A stretch of 64,000 nt of DNA from the human T2T-CHM13v2.0 reference genome, Homo sapiens. How positions within the stretch are numbered: the stretch's first letter is position 1; each line of letters starts with the position of its first letter. The notes under the pieces were generated by a model that saw nothing but the letters and a program-made list of their open reading frames with translations, had not been told where the DNA came from and made no database searches. Both the position numbers and the translations under genes were made by a program. Positions 15,683 to 29,700 of the stretch are shown here, in pieces. The DNA is taken from assembly GCF_009914755.1 (NCBI RefSeq), contig NC_060933.1, one strand, 5' to 3'.

Positions 15683-18280
15683 CTAAAGGAAACTCATGAT
15701 TGAGATGAACAGGTATGGCTCATTTTAGTCAACACTTAGATTTACAGAATATATGCAAATCAGACTTTCCAATGATTAATATTAGTATTTAAGACTGATA
15801 AATTTTCAAAAGGGCAGTTAAAGGTTATCTCTTATTGTTTTCTACCTTCAGAAAGGCTTTTGCTTGAAAGGTGGGAGGAAAAGCTTCAGTGAGATTAAGT
15901 TCTACTATTCCTATTTTAAATCTCTCATCTTGCTCAGGCAGAACAGGTAAACATAAAGTTTTTAAGTATGGAAGGGTCCTGAGAGATAGTGCAAAATGTT
16001 TGCTACATAACATATTCGAGTTATGTTTGATGAATAAATGGATTGATAGAATACAGTTGGGGAGCTCAATATTTTTAAATACAACTTCTATAAACCAATA
16101 TTTTTGTGATAGTAATAATATTTGCTATTTGTTATTTTGATAAGACTACAACTATAATGAAATGATTAATCTATCATTGTTTGCCTATATGTAATGAATC
16201 TATACATAAGAAAAACATATATACATAATAAAGTATATACATAAAATCTGCAAGCACAGATAAAAAGATTCCCTTTTTACTTCTGAAGAAGCTAAAAGTT
16301 CAAACCCTCACAATAATAATGATAAAAAATAGTGAGAAATTATTTTTATCTGTTCAAGAGTCATATTTCTCTTCCCAAAATTTATTCCATTAATAATAAA
16401 TTTTTACTAGAAATTTTATAAATGCTCACTTCAGAAATCAAAGGTAAGAAAAAGGAACAAAAAACTTTAAAATACAAATGCTCAGAAGTTACAAATTTTA
16501 TCCTATTTTGTGCATAGTATTGCCTAACACCAGACCATAGTATGTTTGTGTGTATGTGCAAGCAAACTGATTTGTTTTTCCTCACTGGCTGTAACAAAAT
16601 GCATCTTCACATATCAACATACTTCTCCACCTATTGCCACCTTCAATGGCCACATACCATTCTATGGGTTCTTGTTAACATAAATGCTGGGGAAAAAAAG
16701 TGCATGTATCTCTATTTTCTGAAGGTATTTTAATACAATGGAATTGATGGGTAAAGGGCATATACATTTTTAAAATGTGGTAATTATCTCCAAATTATCC
16801 ACTTGAAAAGTCATCAGCAACTTAAACTTCAAGCAGCAGTGTAAGTGCCACTGCTCTTCATTCTCACAAACACTGTGGATAGAACACAGTCTCACTCCTC
16901 TTTTAACTTATCTTATGAGAAACACTAAGGATTTTTTCCTATGTACATAAGTAACTTGTGAATCTGCAAAAAGTGCTTTGCTCACTTCTAGAGTTCTTTT
17001 CTTGTGGATTTGATTGGAAAGAATTCCCTGTAAAATAAAGATGTGCTTTTTATCTGTATATATATAACTGATATATATATATAACACATTATATTAGTAA
17101 TATATACAATTTCTTATACATATAATCAGTAATATGTATTATATATAATAAAGAATAAATTCCCTGTAGGATGAAGATACACTTTTCATCTGAATATATA
17201 TTTTTATATATTAGTAAAAATATATATAGGAAATATTTTTCGAGTGTGTTATCTTTTGTTAATTTTTTTCTGATACACAGGGGATTTTAATTTTTAGTTT
17301 GCTAAATCAACTTTCAGAATGCCTGCTTGCGAGGTCATTCTTACGAAGGCCTTTGTTAACATAAAATGTACCTGTATAAATAAGTCTTTGCGTTTTCTTC
17401 TGGTACTTTTTCTCATTTTGCATGTGTAAAAATTTCAGTCTGAATTCCATCAGGAACCCATTTTTGCGACATAAAGTTTCATTAGTTTTCTTCACACAGC
17501 AGGCATTTTATTAATAACTCATCTTTTCCTACTCATCTGAAACGTTACCATTATCCATCCCTATGTATATATCTTACATATATTTCAGTGTTTTTGGATT
17601 TCCTGTTCTGTTCCATTTATTTATCTGTGTTTTCAGCTGTTAGTAAATAATTAATTGTGGGAATTAATAGCACATTTTGATATCTAGAGGAGCAAGTCTT
17701 TTCACTCCATTATAAACATTTTTAAATGTCATCACAATGGTAAGATAGATAGCAAGTGTCATGCAAAAATGATAAAACCTTGATATCTTCATTCAGTTTA
17801 TGTAAAACTGATAAACATGGAAACAGTTCATATTTTGAGAAAACTGAGTCTTCCCATTCAAGGAACCCACCTCGCGCTTCCCAGTGTCCCTCTAAGAAGC
17901 TCCAGTAAAGAACCTGTCTACCTAGGTGGATTCGGATGTAAAACCGACACAGGGTTTTATCTGAGAACTCTTCGCCTACTGAAAAAGGCTCATGGTATTT
18001 TTGACAGGGGAATGAGTTCTCATTAGGCACCTCCCTATCATGTATATGGCCCCATGTTTTAAACGTGGATATGCCTAACTTTGTGAGTTAAATCACTCAA
18101 ATTTTCCACCAAGCGCGACGGACGGGGAATTGCCAGCGACGGAAAGCAGCTGAGGCTCCATTTGGCTCCGCTGCTCCGAGGGTGCCCGGCGCCCTCCAAG
18201 GTCCCCGCCCCAGGGGCTGCCGGGCTGCAGGGAAGCCGGGCCTGCGGCCCCCTCCCACCGCGGGCTGAGTCCCCGAGCTA

Positions 18281-18499
<219 letters not shown>

Positions 18500-18559
18500 T
18501 CAGACGCCCACCACCCGCTCCTGAGCCGCGGCGGCTCCTCGTGGCCTTTCCACCCCCAC

Positions 18560-18655
18560 TCCGCCCCAAATCCGCGATCTCCCCCGCAACCCGCGATCCC
18601 CCCCGCAACCCGCGATCCACCCCCAAATCCAAGATCCACCCCCAAACCCGCAATG
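18560..18655. repeat. About 19-bp minisatellite (CCCCC(G/A)(C/A)AACCCGCGATCCA-like), about 5 units, upstream of the ANKRD18A ATG
   Basis: Units read directly: ccccaaatccgcgatct / cccccgcaacccgcgatcc / cccccgcaacccgcgatcca / cccccaaatccaagatcca / cccccaaacccgcaat. Confidence 0.85.
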
Positions 18656-18714
18656 TAGCTCAGAATCCGCGATCCAGCCCGGTCCACCACAGCCTTCAGC
18701 AGCGACACTCGCAG

Positions 18715-18843
18715 ACTCCGACCTCTCAGACCGAGTGAGCCCAGCTAAGCCGTTAGGCGCGCGCCTGAACCTCAGCGCTCCGAACTCTCAGACCGAGTGA
18801 GTCCCCGCGATGCCAGTTAGGCGCGCGCCTACAACTCAGCGCC
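18715..18843. repeat. About 63-bp tandem duplication, each copy with an AGGCGCGCGCCT palindrome
   Basis: ctctcagaccgagtgag...ttaggcgcgcgcct...ctcagcgc occurs twice. Confidence 0.85.
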
Positions 18844-18879
18844 AGCCGGGACTCCGGAAGCCGCTCCCAAGCCCTCGTG

Positions 18880-19930
18880 GCCGGCAGGGGGCACCTGCAG
18901 CACGGGCGCACGCGTCGCTGGCTTGCGGGTTCTCCTGGGCTCCCGCGGGACGTCCCGGAATCCCAGGAGTGCATCCCTTCCCGCCTGAGGGCCTGCCTGG
19001 CCCTGACTCCCGACCCGCTCCTCCTCCGAAGAGAGATCGGGGCCGCTGACAGGGGCCCTCCGCAGCCACCGGGGATGGGACTGGGGGGTCGGTTCCTGTC
19101 CCGGTGCAGCCGCCGCCGGGTAGACCGCCTGGCTTGGCCGCAGCCAGGGCGACATGTAGCCCCGGTTCTGCCAGGCTGGGAGCGCCAGCCATCTTGGGAG
19201 TTGCCAGGCAGCTGTCGCCAGCAGGTAGAGGGCGCCTGCAGCTTGGGCGCCCAGGTGGTGGAGCACGGCCTAGGCGGCCTCTGGATCGCGAGTGCACCTG
19301 GCCTGAGAGCCCGCCAGGCCCTGCCCCTGCTCGGCTCCTCGTCTGCTGAAGCTCGGGACCTCTAGCCAGTGGCCCTCTGCAGCCACGGGGAATGGGGCTG
19401 AGAGCCGGTTCCCGCTGCAGGGCAGACCACCTAGCTCAGCCGCAGCCACAGGGACATCTGGCCCCGGTTCTGAGATGTGGGGAGTGCTGGCGGGCTCGGG
19501 GGTTGCCTGGAGGCTGCTGCCTGCACACAGAAGGCGGATGCAGCTTGGGTGCCCAGGCGGGCTGGAGGTGCATGGCCTGGTCGGCCTCGGGATCGCCAGC
19601 GCGCCCAGCCTGAGGGCCCCCAGGCCGTGCCTCCCGCCCATTCCTCCACCGGAGGGGGATCGGGGTCGCTGGCATGGGCACTTGGCAGTCACTCCGGATG
19701 GGGTTGAGCAGGGGTTCTCAGTTTTCGCCCCTGTGCAGCCGCCGCCGGGCAGAATGCCTGGCTTGGCCGCAGCCACTGCTACACCTAGCGGGTCGGGCGG
19801 GCCGGGGGGTGAAAGCGCTGGGAGGCGGGTGCCTTCTCGCCCTGTGGCGCCTCTGGGCCCCACGGCTTGTCGGCCTCCGGCGCGCAGGGCTCCCCAGCAT
19901 CCTGGGCGCCGGCCCGCTGCCTGCACAAAG
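18880..19930. repeat. Degenerate GC-rich tandem repeat, period about 300-340 bp, about 3.3 units
   Basis: Anchors gcagcttgggYgcccagg at about 19238 and 19540; gtgcagccgccgccggg..gcctggcttggccgcagcca at about 19104 and 19733, degenerate at about 19415. Confidence 0.7.
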
Positions 19931-21274
19931 TCAACTCAGACAGGATGAACTTCGGTTGCCTTGTCTGGCTGGGCTGCCAGGCGGGGCAGCTGACCTGCTG
20001 ATGGGGTGACTTTCTTCATCTTCTTGCCCACAGGACAGCGGGCTGGGAAGCCAGGGGCCGCCGGGACCTGGGGCTGGAAACCACATCTGCCCACAGCCGC
20101 AGCCTCCTGCACCTGTCATCCTGGCGGCGCCCTGACGTCGGAGAAGCAGCAGGCGCGGAGCTCCTGCAGCGGGCACCGCTGCAGCAACCCGACCCGGCGC
20201 AGGCGGCAGTGGAAGGCGGCCTGCTAGCACGGCTCCCGCGGCCCCAGGACCAGGGGTGCGGCCAGCACCGCCCTCACTCCCCGCGTCTCGTGGATATTGC
20301 CCTCCCTGGAGGCGGCTGGACCTAAGCGAGGCTCGCAGCGATCGGCCCCGCGAAGACTCGCATGCAGGGCTCAGGATCCCGCATTCTGGCGCCGCGGCAC
20401 CGCACCTTTCAGCAGCCCTGCTCCTCTTCTTGTTGGTAAACTTTTGTCACTCTGCCATGAAAAGCATCCAGGCGTCCTTGATTTCGACATTGCGTGCACG
20501 CTCAGCCGAGCTCATCAGACGGGCGGTTGTCCCCAGAGCCCGCGGGTAGCTTGTTCCCGGGCGGCGGCTCCTGCTGGATGCAGCTCCTTGTGGGCCTACC
20601 AGGCTTGGTGGAGCCACAGCAGACCTGTGGAGAGGAAGAGTAAGGCGGGCTCTGCAGGGCAGTGGGCCGGGACCATGAGAGAGGCGGGTCAGTCTGGGCT
20701 CCAAGCTCAGCCTCTCGGATTCCCCGGGACCCACGGCTTATAATGCGCTTAAATCCCACGCCTCGCCCGAGAGACAGCACGTCACCGTCACCGTCACCGC
20801 CTAGCGCCCCTGACCCGCTCCCACTCCGCTGCAGCGGAGGGTGTGTGAGGGAGAGGGACGCAGGGAGGGAAAAGCGTTGGGAGGGCAAACATCTTTTCAT
20901 AAGCTTTTCCCCTTCTATATGCCATCTCTGATGGGAGCCTCTTTAGATCTTTCGTCCATTTACTAATTGGGTTGTTCGATTTCTTATTGTTGAGTTGTAA
21001 GTGGTTTTTAATGGTCTGGATGCCAGACAGGTGTTTTGCAAATATTTTCTCCGTCTGTGGCTTGTTTCTCCATTCTCTTATTTCCTTTCCCAGAGCAAAA
21101 GTTTTTAATTGTAACGACTTCATACCAATATCTTCTTTCATGGTAGAAATTTGTCTTTTATGTACTTTACTGTTGTATCTACAAAGTAATTGCCAAACCC
21201 AAAGTTACCTAAATATCCCTTTTGTTATTTTACAGAAGTTTTACAGCTTTTGGATTTAAATTTAGGTCTAAAAA

Positions 21275-21765
21275 TTGAATTCATAAAAGTAGAGAGTATA
21301 ATGATGCTTACCAGAGGCTGTGTTGCTGGGGAGAAAAATGGGAAGTTGTTCACAGATGCAAAGATTCAGTTAAACCGGAGAAATGCGTTTTGAAATCTAT
21401 TGCACAGCAGGATGACTATAGTCAATAATAATGTACTGTATATTTAAATAACAAAAAGTAAATTTCAAATATCTAACCACAAAAAATAAAATTGAGGTGA
21501 TGGGTATTTTTTATTTTATTTATTTATTTGTTTATTTATTTATTTTTTTGAGACAGAGTCTCGCTCTTTCGCCCAGGCCGGACTGCAGTGGCAGGGTCTC
21601 GGCTCACTGCAAGCTCCGCCTCCTGGGTTCACGCCATGAGGTGATGGATATTTTATCCTCGATGTAGTCATTCCTCATTTTATACACATATCCAAGCATC
21701 ACATTGTACCCCATAAATGTATGCAATTGTGGTTTGACAATTTAAAATATTATTAACTTAAAAAT
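21275..21765 (+). mobile_element. L1MA-type 3' end, itself interrupted by a truncated AluY (21506-21637, minus strand)
   Basis: gcttaccagaggctg...gactatagtcaataataatgtactgtatattt...cattgtaccccataaat; Alu TSD tgaggtgatgg(g/a)tatttt. Confidence 0.75.
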
Positions 21766-23215
21766 GTGTCGTTCGAGTTAATTTTTGAGGAGCAAGGTCT
21801 GTGTCTCAATTCTTTTTTTTTTTGCATATATGTATATATACATACACGCAATGTATTCATCACTGTTTTTGAAAAAGCTACCCTTTCTCCCTTGAATTGC
21901 CTTTACCTTTTTGTAAAAGATCAATTGACTGTGTTTGTGCACTCTTATTTCTGAGTTCTCTATTCTGTTCCGTTGATCACTTTGCAAGTCCTTGAACTTT
22001 GTTCCTCCCCCACAATATTGTTGGCTATTCTTGTTAGTTTGTCTTTCTATATAAACTTTAGAATTAGTTTGTCAATTTCCACACAATAATTTATTCATGT
22101 TTTCACGAGAGTTGTAATGAATTTGTAAATCACACTGAAGAGAACTGACATCTTAACAACACTGGGTCTTATTTTGTGAATACAGATGTCCCTTCATTTA
22201 TTTAGATCTTTAATCCCTTTCAACAGATTTTATAGTTTTTCTCACATAGACCCTGCCCATATTTTGCTAGATTGTGTCTATTTCATTTTCTTGATGCTAA
22301 TGAAAATGGTATTGGGCTTTTAATTTCAAATTCTCGTTGTTCATTGCTGGATGTAGGACAGCAATTGATTTTGTATATTAACCTTATACCGTGCAACCTT
22401 GCTATAATCCAGAAGGGTTTTTGGCTGATGCTTTGAGATTCTCTACATAGAAAATCAAGTTATCAGCAAGCAAAGGGCATTTTAATGCTCCCTTTCCAAT
22501 CTGTATACCTTTTATTTTATTTTCTTGTCTTATTGCATTAGCTAGGATTTTAGTATGATGTTGAATAGGAGCAGTGAGAGGGGATAACATTTCCTTGCTT
22601 CTTTTGTGTAAAACATCCCATTTTTCACATTATGTATGATATTGTCTGTAGGATGTTCTTTTGGTATATGTTCTTTATCAGTTGAGGAATTTCCCTTCTA
22701 TTTCTAATTTGCTGAGAGTTTTAACCATGAATGGGCTTTGGATTCCGTAAAATGCTTTCTTGATCTATTAATATAATCAAATAACTTTTCTTCTTTAGCT
22801 AGTTATCTGAGGGATTGCCTTAACTATTTTGTGTTAAGCCAGGCTTGCATACCTGGAATAAATCTCACTTGGTCTTGGTGTGTAATTCAACAATGTATTG
22901 CTAGATTCAGCATGCTAATATTTTGTTGAGAATTTTTGATGAGAGACATTTGTCTGAACATTTTTCTTTAAATGTCTTTTTCTGCTTTTGGTATTAGAAC
23001 TTCATAAAATGAGTTGGGATATGTTCCTTTTGCTTCTGTTTTCTGGTAGCAATTGTAAATAATTGGTATCTTTTCCTCCTTAAATGTTTCATACAATTCG
23101 CTAGTGAAACAATCTAGGCCTGTTGCTTTCTTTCTTGGAAGGTTGTTAATTATTCATATATTTCTATACTAGATAAAGAGTTATTTGAATTATCTATTTC
23201 TCCTTTTGTAAGTTC

Positions 23216-23562
23216 TATGGACTACATTTTTGTGTCTCCCCAAAATTCAAGTGCCAAAATCAATCCTCAATGTGATGGTATTTGAGGTCCTTTGAGAAGT
23301 GATTAGGTCATGAGGATGGAGCCCTCATAGGTGGGATTAGTGGTTTTTTCTAGAAAGGTTCCTCACCCCTTCTGTTATGTGAGAACATATTGAAAAGATG
23401 GCTTCCATGAGCCAGAAATTGAGTCCTCAGCAGACATGAAATCTGCTGATGCCTAGAATTGATGTTGGATTCCCTAGCTTCCGGAACTATGAGAAATAAG
23501 TTTCTGTGTTTATAAGCCACCCAGTTTATGGCATTTTGGTATAGCATCCTGAACAAACTAAA
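23216..23562 (+). mobile_element. MLT1A-like MaLR solo LTR
   Basis: gtgattaggtcatgaggatggagccctcataggtgggattagtg ... tttataagccacccagtttatggcattttg. Confidence 0.8.
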
Positions 23563-23759
23563 GGAGTTTTGGTAGTTTGTGACTTTCAAGATATGGATCC
23601 ATTTTGTCCAAGTAATCAAATTTGAGAGCACATAGTGTTTATACTATTCATTTATTATCCTTTTAACGCCCATGGCATCAATACTGATAACCTTTCATTT
23701 CTGATACTAGTAATTTTTGTCTTCTGTTTCTGTTTCTCATTTGTCTCCTCTCCTCCATT

Positions 23760-23852
23760 TCCCATCCTCTTTCTGCCTCTTCTTCATCCCCTTCTCCTCC
23801 TCCTCCTTTTCCTCCTTCTCCTCCTCCTCCTCCTTCATTATCTTCTTCTTAT
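23760..23852. repeat. (CCT/CTT)n polypyrimidine tract
   Basis: Read directly. Confidence 0.8.
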
Positions 23853-24624
23853 CCATTAGATTATATAAAAGTAAGCAAAATAGAGATTTTATTTTACCTT
23901 CATGTATTCCTTCTCTAAGCTCTCCCTTCTTTATGTAGATCCAAATTTCTTATAATTTTTCTTCTTCCTGAAACTCTTCTTTGAAATTTTTTACGAAGTA
24001 GGTCTGCTCGTGACACATTTCTTCAGTTTCTGTTTGTATGAGAAAGTATTTTTTCTCCTTCACTTTTGAAGGATAGTTTTACTAGATACAAAAATATCAG
24101 TTGATTATATTGTTCTTTCAACATTCTAAATATTTCAACTTACTCTCTTTTGATTGGATGGTTTCTGACAAGAAGTCCTATGTAAATCCTATTCTTGCTT
24201 CTTTATAAATCAAGTCTTTTATTCCATTCACTTTCAACAATTTGTCTGTCTTTGATTTTCTGAAGTTGAAATATAATTTGCATATGAGTATATATTTTTG
24301 GTATTTTTCTGAACTTCCTGTATTTGTGGTTTCAACACGTAATGTTGTAAAATTCTCAGTCAGTATTACTTCAAATACTTATCTGCATTTTTTCCTCTTT
24401 CTTCTCTTTCTAGCAATCCCATTGTGCATGTGCTACATGCTACAACAATTATTGAATATTCTGTTCTTTTTTCCCATTGTTTTCTCTTTGCATGTCAGTT
24501 TGGGAAGTCTCTATTGACATACCTTCAAGATGACTGATGTTGTTCTTGACCGTGTTCAGTTCACTGATAAACCTATTGAGGACATTCTTCATTTCTGTTG
24601 CAGTATTTTGTTTTCTAGCATTTT

Positions 24625-24955
24625 CTTTCTTTTTTTTTTTTTTTTTTAAGAAAAAGGGCTTAATTTATGTCACTGAGGCTGGAGTGCAGTGGTATGAACA
24701 TAGCTCACTGTAGCTTCAACATCCTACGATTTAGGAATTCTCCCACCTCAACCTCTGGGACCACGGGCATGTGCCACTATGCCTGGCTGGTTATTTGGTT
24801 TTTTTTTTGTTTTTTTGTTTTTTTGTTTTTTTAAGAGAAGGGTCTTACTTTGTTGCCTATGCTGGTCTTAAACTCCTGGACTCAAGTGAGCTTCCTGCCT
24901 CAGCCTGAGATTATAGATGCGAGCTGGGATTATAGATGTGAGCCACTGCATCCAG
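24625..24955 (-). mobile_element. AluJ
   Basis: Diverged antisense Alu. Confidence 0.8.
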
Positions 24956-26242
24956 CCAAAATTGATACATTTAAAATATACTGTTTTTAATATAAATGGA
25001 AGATGGAGAATCACTATGAGTATTTCATTAATATTTTGTGGGAAGCCTAATAAAAATGAAATTTTCTGTGAGTGTACCTCACCCTTCCAAATGTTGAGCC
25101 ACTTCTCCAAGGGACAGTTCTTCGGCTGATTTTTGGTGTTTTATCTTCCGCCAGTAGTGAAATGAATGACATGACTTATGGCCCAAGGCTTTACTCAGAA
25201 GCTTGGTGCCTGTTACCAGCGCTGCTGGGAGCTCCTGAGGTAGACACAAAGGCCAGGTGTCAGGGAGACTACCCAAGAGCAAAGAGCCGGAGAGGGGAGG
25301 CATGTGCTGTTGGACAAAATTGCCATCACTAGGCGGGTACTGTGAATCCAACATAGATCTGAGTCAGGTTCCATATGCAGGGTTCGGGGTGAGTGCCTGG
25401 GATCACTCTGTGGCTGGAATTCTCCAGAAACCTGGTTTATACAGTGTAATTGAAACTTGAAGCAGCATCTGATGCACCTTAGATGATTAGAACTGATTAG
25501 AGGTTCTAGGCTGATTAGAACTAGGTGATTGGAACACGGTCTGGCTAGGAAGGAAGGGACCATGCGCATCAGGGCGGAGACTGCAGGTGGGCAGATGGCC
25601 ATCACAGCCCAGCGGGCTGCCCTTTACTCTCCTCCAGGCCCAGGAGACTAAACACACTTGAGTCGCAACTGCCTCTGGGCGTGGGAACTGTGGTCTTGTT
25701 TCCAGTCACCTGTCCCAGCAAGAAGGAGCTTCCGTTGTGCTTGCAGACTTGACCTTACTAGTCTGGGCTGGGGAGTTCTGTGTCTGCCCATGGCTGGTCA
25801 TTATTGTCTACAAAACCTGCTGTGTGATCTGTAAGAATTTTTGTGACTAGCTAGCTCAAGGGCATGATGACATGCCTATGCTATTGCTGAGGGAATATCT
25901 CTATTTTCAGGTGAAGATTGTTTCTAATTTTATGTTCAGAATTACATACAAGAGGCACAGTGGAGGTATATAAATGAAGATCCACCAGCATTCTTTCAAA
26001 ATACTGAACCACATTTTCTGATAGACATTGGGGTGGGGTGGCTGCAAGCAGAATGTCTGGGTTGGCATTCTCATTCCACAGCTTCATGCGGTGTGATAGT
26101 GAGTAATTTACTTTCCCTCTCTGTGTCACAGTTTCCTATTCTCTAAAAACAGCTAATAATAATGACCTACCTTATAGACTGTTATGAAGATTGAATTAAT
26201 TTATATATGTAAATAAGACTTGGAACATAAATTTTCTGCACA

Positions 26243-26542
26243 TTTTTTTTTGTTTTTTTGAGACGGAGTCTCACTCTGTCGCCCAGGCTGGAGTGCAGTG
26301 GCCAATCTCGGCTCACTGCAATCTCTGCCTCTTGGGTTCACGCCATTCTCCTCCCTCAGCCTCCCGAGTAGCTGGGACTACAGGCACCCGCCACCATGCC
26401 CGGCTAATTTTTTGTATTTTTTTAGTAGAGGCGGGGTTTCGCCGTGTTAGCCAGGATGGTCTCAATCTCTTGACCTCGTGATCCGCCCGCCTCGGCCTCC
26501 CAAAGTGCTGGGATTACAGGCGTGAGCCAGCGGGCCCGGCCG
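26243..26542 (-). mobile_element. AluY
   Basis: CpG-rich, TSD attttctg. Confidence 0.92.
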
Positions 26543-26999
26543 ATTTTCTGTAAATGTTAGCCATTGTTATTGCTCCTATTGACCTGAAGTATAAAAACAG
26601 AAATGTGACCCTGGTCCTTGACCTTGGGTGGAATCACATGATAAGCAATAGTTTAGGGAAAATGTTTGTACCGGGTATTTTCATTATTCAAAATATTATT
26701 AATAATAATGTGCTATTAAGATAATGTTACAAAATTAAAATATTGAAAAGAAGCCTCTGGTACAGAATCAGAAAGTCTTACTGTGCATGTGTGTATTTTG
26801 ACTTTCTATAATTCCTCTGTCAATCATAAGCTTTGCAGATTTCAGTTATCTGGGTCAACTTGCCAGTAGTAACTGCTTTGGTCTCCCCATCTCTAACGCA
26901 CCTCATGATCTATTTGCTGTCCTGCTGCTACAGTAACCCTGCTACAGTTCTCTTACCTGAAGATCTTCCTTTCCCAGGAAAACATTTCACACTTTCCCT

Positions 27000-27008
27000 G
27001 ACAACACA

Positions 27009-27049
<41 letters not shown>

Positions 27050-28035
27050 ATAAACACCCCCCATACACACACACCACACACCAAAAACTCACACATTCTA
27101 CACACATCACACACATGAACACCCCAGCACACACATATTCATACCACAAATACCACACACACCACACACACATCACACCCACCACCTACACTAACATACA
27201 TACCACACACACACCAAACACACATTCCACACACATACTCTGAACACCCCAATACACGCACACTCATACCACATGCACACCACACACATCAAACTCATAC
27301 ACACTGCACTCACTTCCTACATCCACACACACCACATACACACACCACATGCATCACACACACACACAAACACTCCCGCATACACTCACACTCACAGTAT
27401 TAAACAATACCACACACTGATGCATTCCACACACACACACCATAGACACCCCAATACACACATACTCATACCACACATACCACACATACCACCCCCACAC
27501 ACACCACATGCACATCACGCACACTCTCACAAATACAACACTCACTACCTCCACTCACACACATGCCACATACACACACACCATACACACCACATGCATA
27601 AAACACACACCAAAAACACTCCCTATACACTCACACTCACGTACCACACATAAAACACACACACATTCCACACACACACCGTGAACATACACACACTCAT
27701 CACACACACCACACACATCACACAAACTCTCACACACCACTCCTACACACACACCACATACACAGACACCACACACACCACCGCCATCCCTGATACACTC
27801 ACACTCACATACCACAAACACACCACACACACCTTCCACACACACACACCACAAACATCCCCCATACACCCACATACCACACACACACCACACACTCCAC
27901 ACACACACCATGGACACCCCATGCATACACTCAGATCACACCCACACACCAAGCCCACTACACTCCATATATACTCACATACGCCACATAAACACAAACC
28001 ACCCACACCCACACACACACACATCACACTCACTC
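27000..28035. repeat. About 1-kb degenerate (CA)n tract with a pure (CA)n seed at about 27010-27048
   Basis: Read directly. Confidence 0.95.
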
Positions 28036-28871
28036 CTTGAAACGCTTCTCTTCACTCACTGATCCCTTCCTGACCCTAATCCACACCCACCGGGCTCCCC
28101 AGGCTTTCTTCCACCAGGACCTCCATAGCCCCTCCCTCCAGGGACTTCTCTCCACTCTAGGCTCCCTATGGAGCCTCCGTTCCTTCTGCAGCTCTCGCTC
28201 CCCACCTCCCCATGCATTTGCCTCACTGATTGCGCTGGACCATCTTGGTGGTTTTTCCAGTGTGTCCCCCGTGGTAGGTCTCCTCACATACACTGCAGGC
28301 CCCTTTTGACAAGCCCACATCCTGGCACCGGCAGTTCCTTGGGCATTGTACATCCCTGCACGTAGGACCGCGTCTGGCACACAGTGTGCACTCAGCTATA
28401 ATTTCAGAGCGTGAATGCTCACAGGTATTAGGATCAACGTTCAGAAGGTGCTTTCCTTTTTACTGAACCTGTGGCCTACTTGATTTACCTGATAGCTTGT
28501 AATTCAGTTCATTAAATTTCTGTTAAAATATTAATACACCAGGTGAATCTCAATATTATTGCTGCAAATTATGTTTTCATTAAGATGGACAAAGACTATT
28601 AATAAGCCACATTTGCAGGGCACTGAGTTAGAGAATTAGCCTAGAAGACTGAAGTCTTCAGTGATTTCTGTTTATATCAACATACAGAAGAAAAAGGATA
28701 GAAACGACAAGCGTATAGAAATGAGATTAGAAACTGAAAAAAATTAATAGTTTTGTAAAATTAGCTAGGTGATGTACAAATTCCATATAAAATCTCTATT
28801 TTTCATTTGGGGTGCAGTGTCTCAGGATTTTTGCTTCCTAACTGACTAATTGGAGTGTTGTACCATGATTA

Positions 28872-29700
<829 letters not shown>

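Larger units (their letters stand above)
18700..23200 (+). ncRNA. FAM201A: Probable divergent lncRNA FAM201A (boundaries cannot be determined from sequence)
   Basis: Recalled head-to-head arrangement of FAM201A with ANKRD18A; the sequence itself shows only the CpG island followed by L1-derived DNA. Confidence 0.4.
20885..24620 (-). mobile_element. Old L1M element (ORF2 remnants) with nested insertions
   Basis: Minus-strand translations [44 protein letters not shown] and EKIFAKHLS..QLNNKKSNNPISKWTKDL are L1 ORF2-like. Confidence 0.85.

Noticed and set aside
18753-20009. Many overlapping ORFs of up to 218 aa in the CpG island
   Set aside because: Stop-codon scarcity in GC-rich repeat DNA; all frames open; no recognisable domain.
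25190-25870. Possible old LTR or enhancer-like GC-richer segment
   Set aside because: Could not assign a family or boundaries by eye.
26833-28040. His/Thr-rich and Val/Cys-rich ORFs of 96-136 aa
   Set aside because: Translation artefacts of the (CA)n/(TG)n tract.
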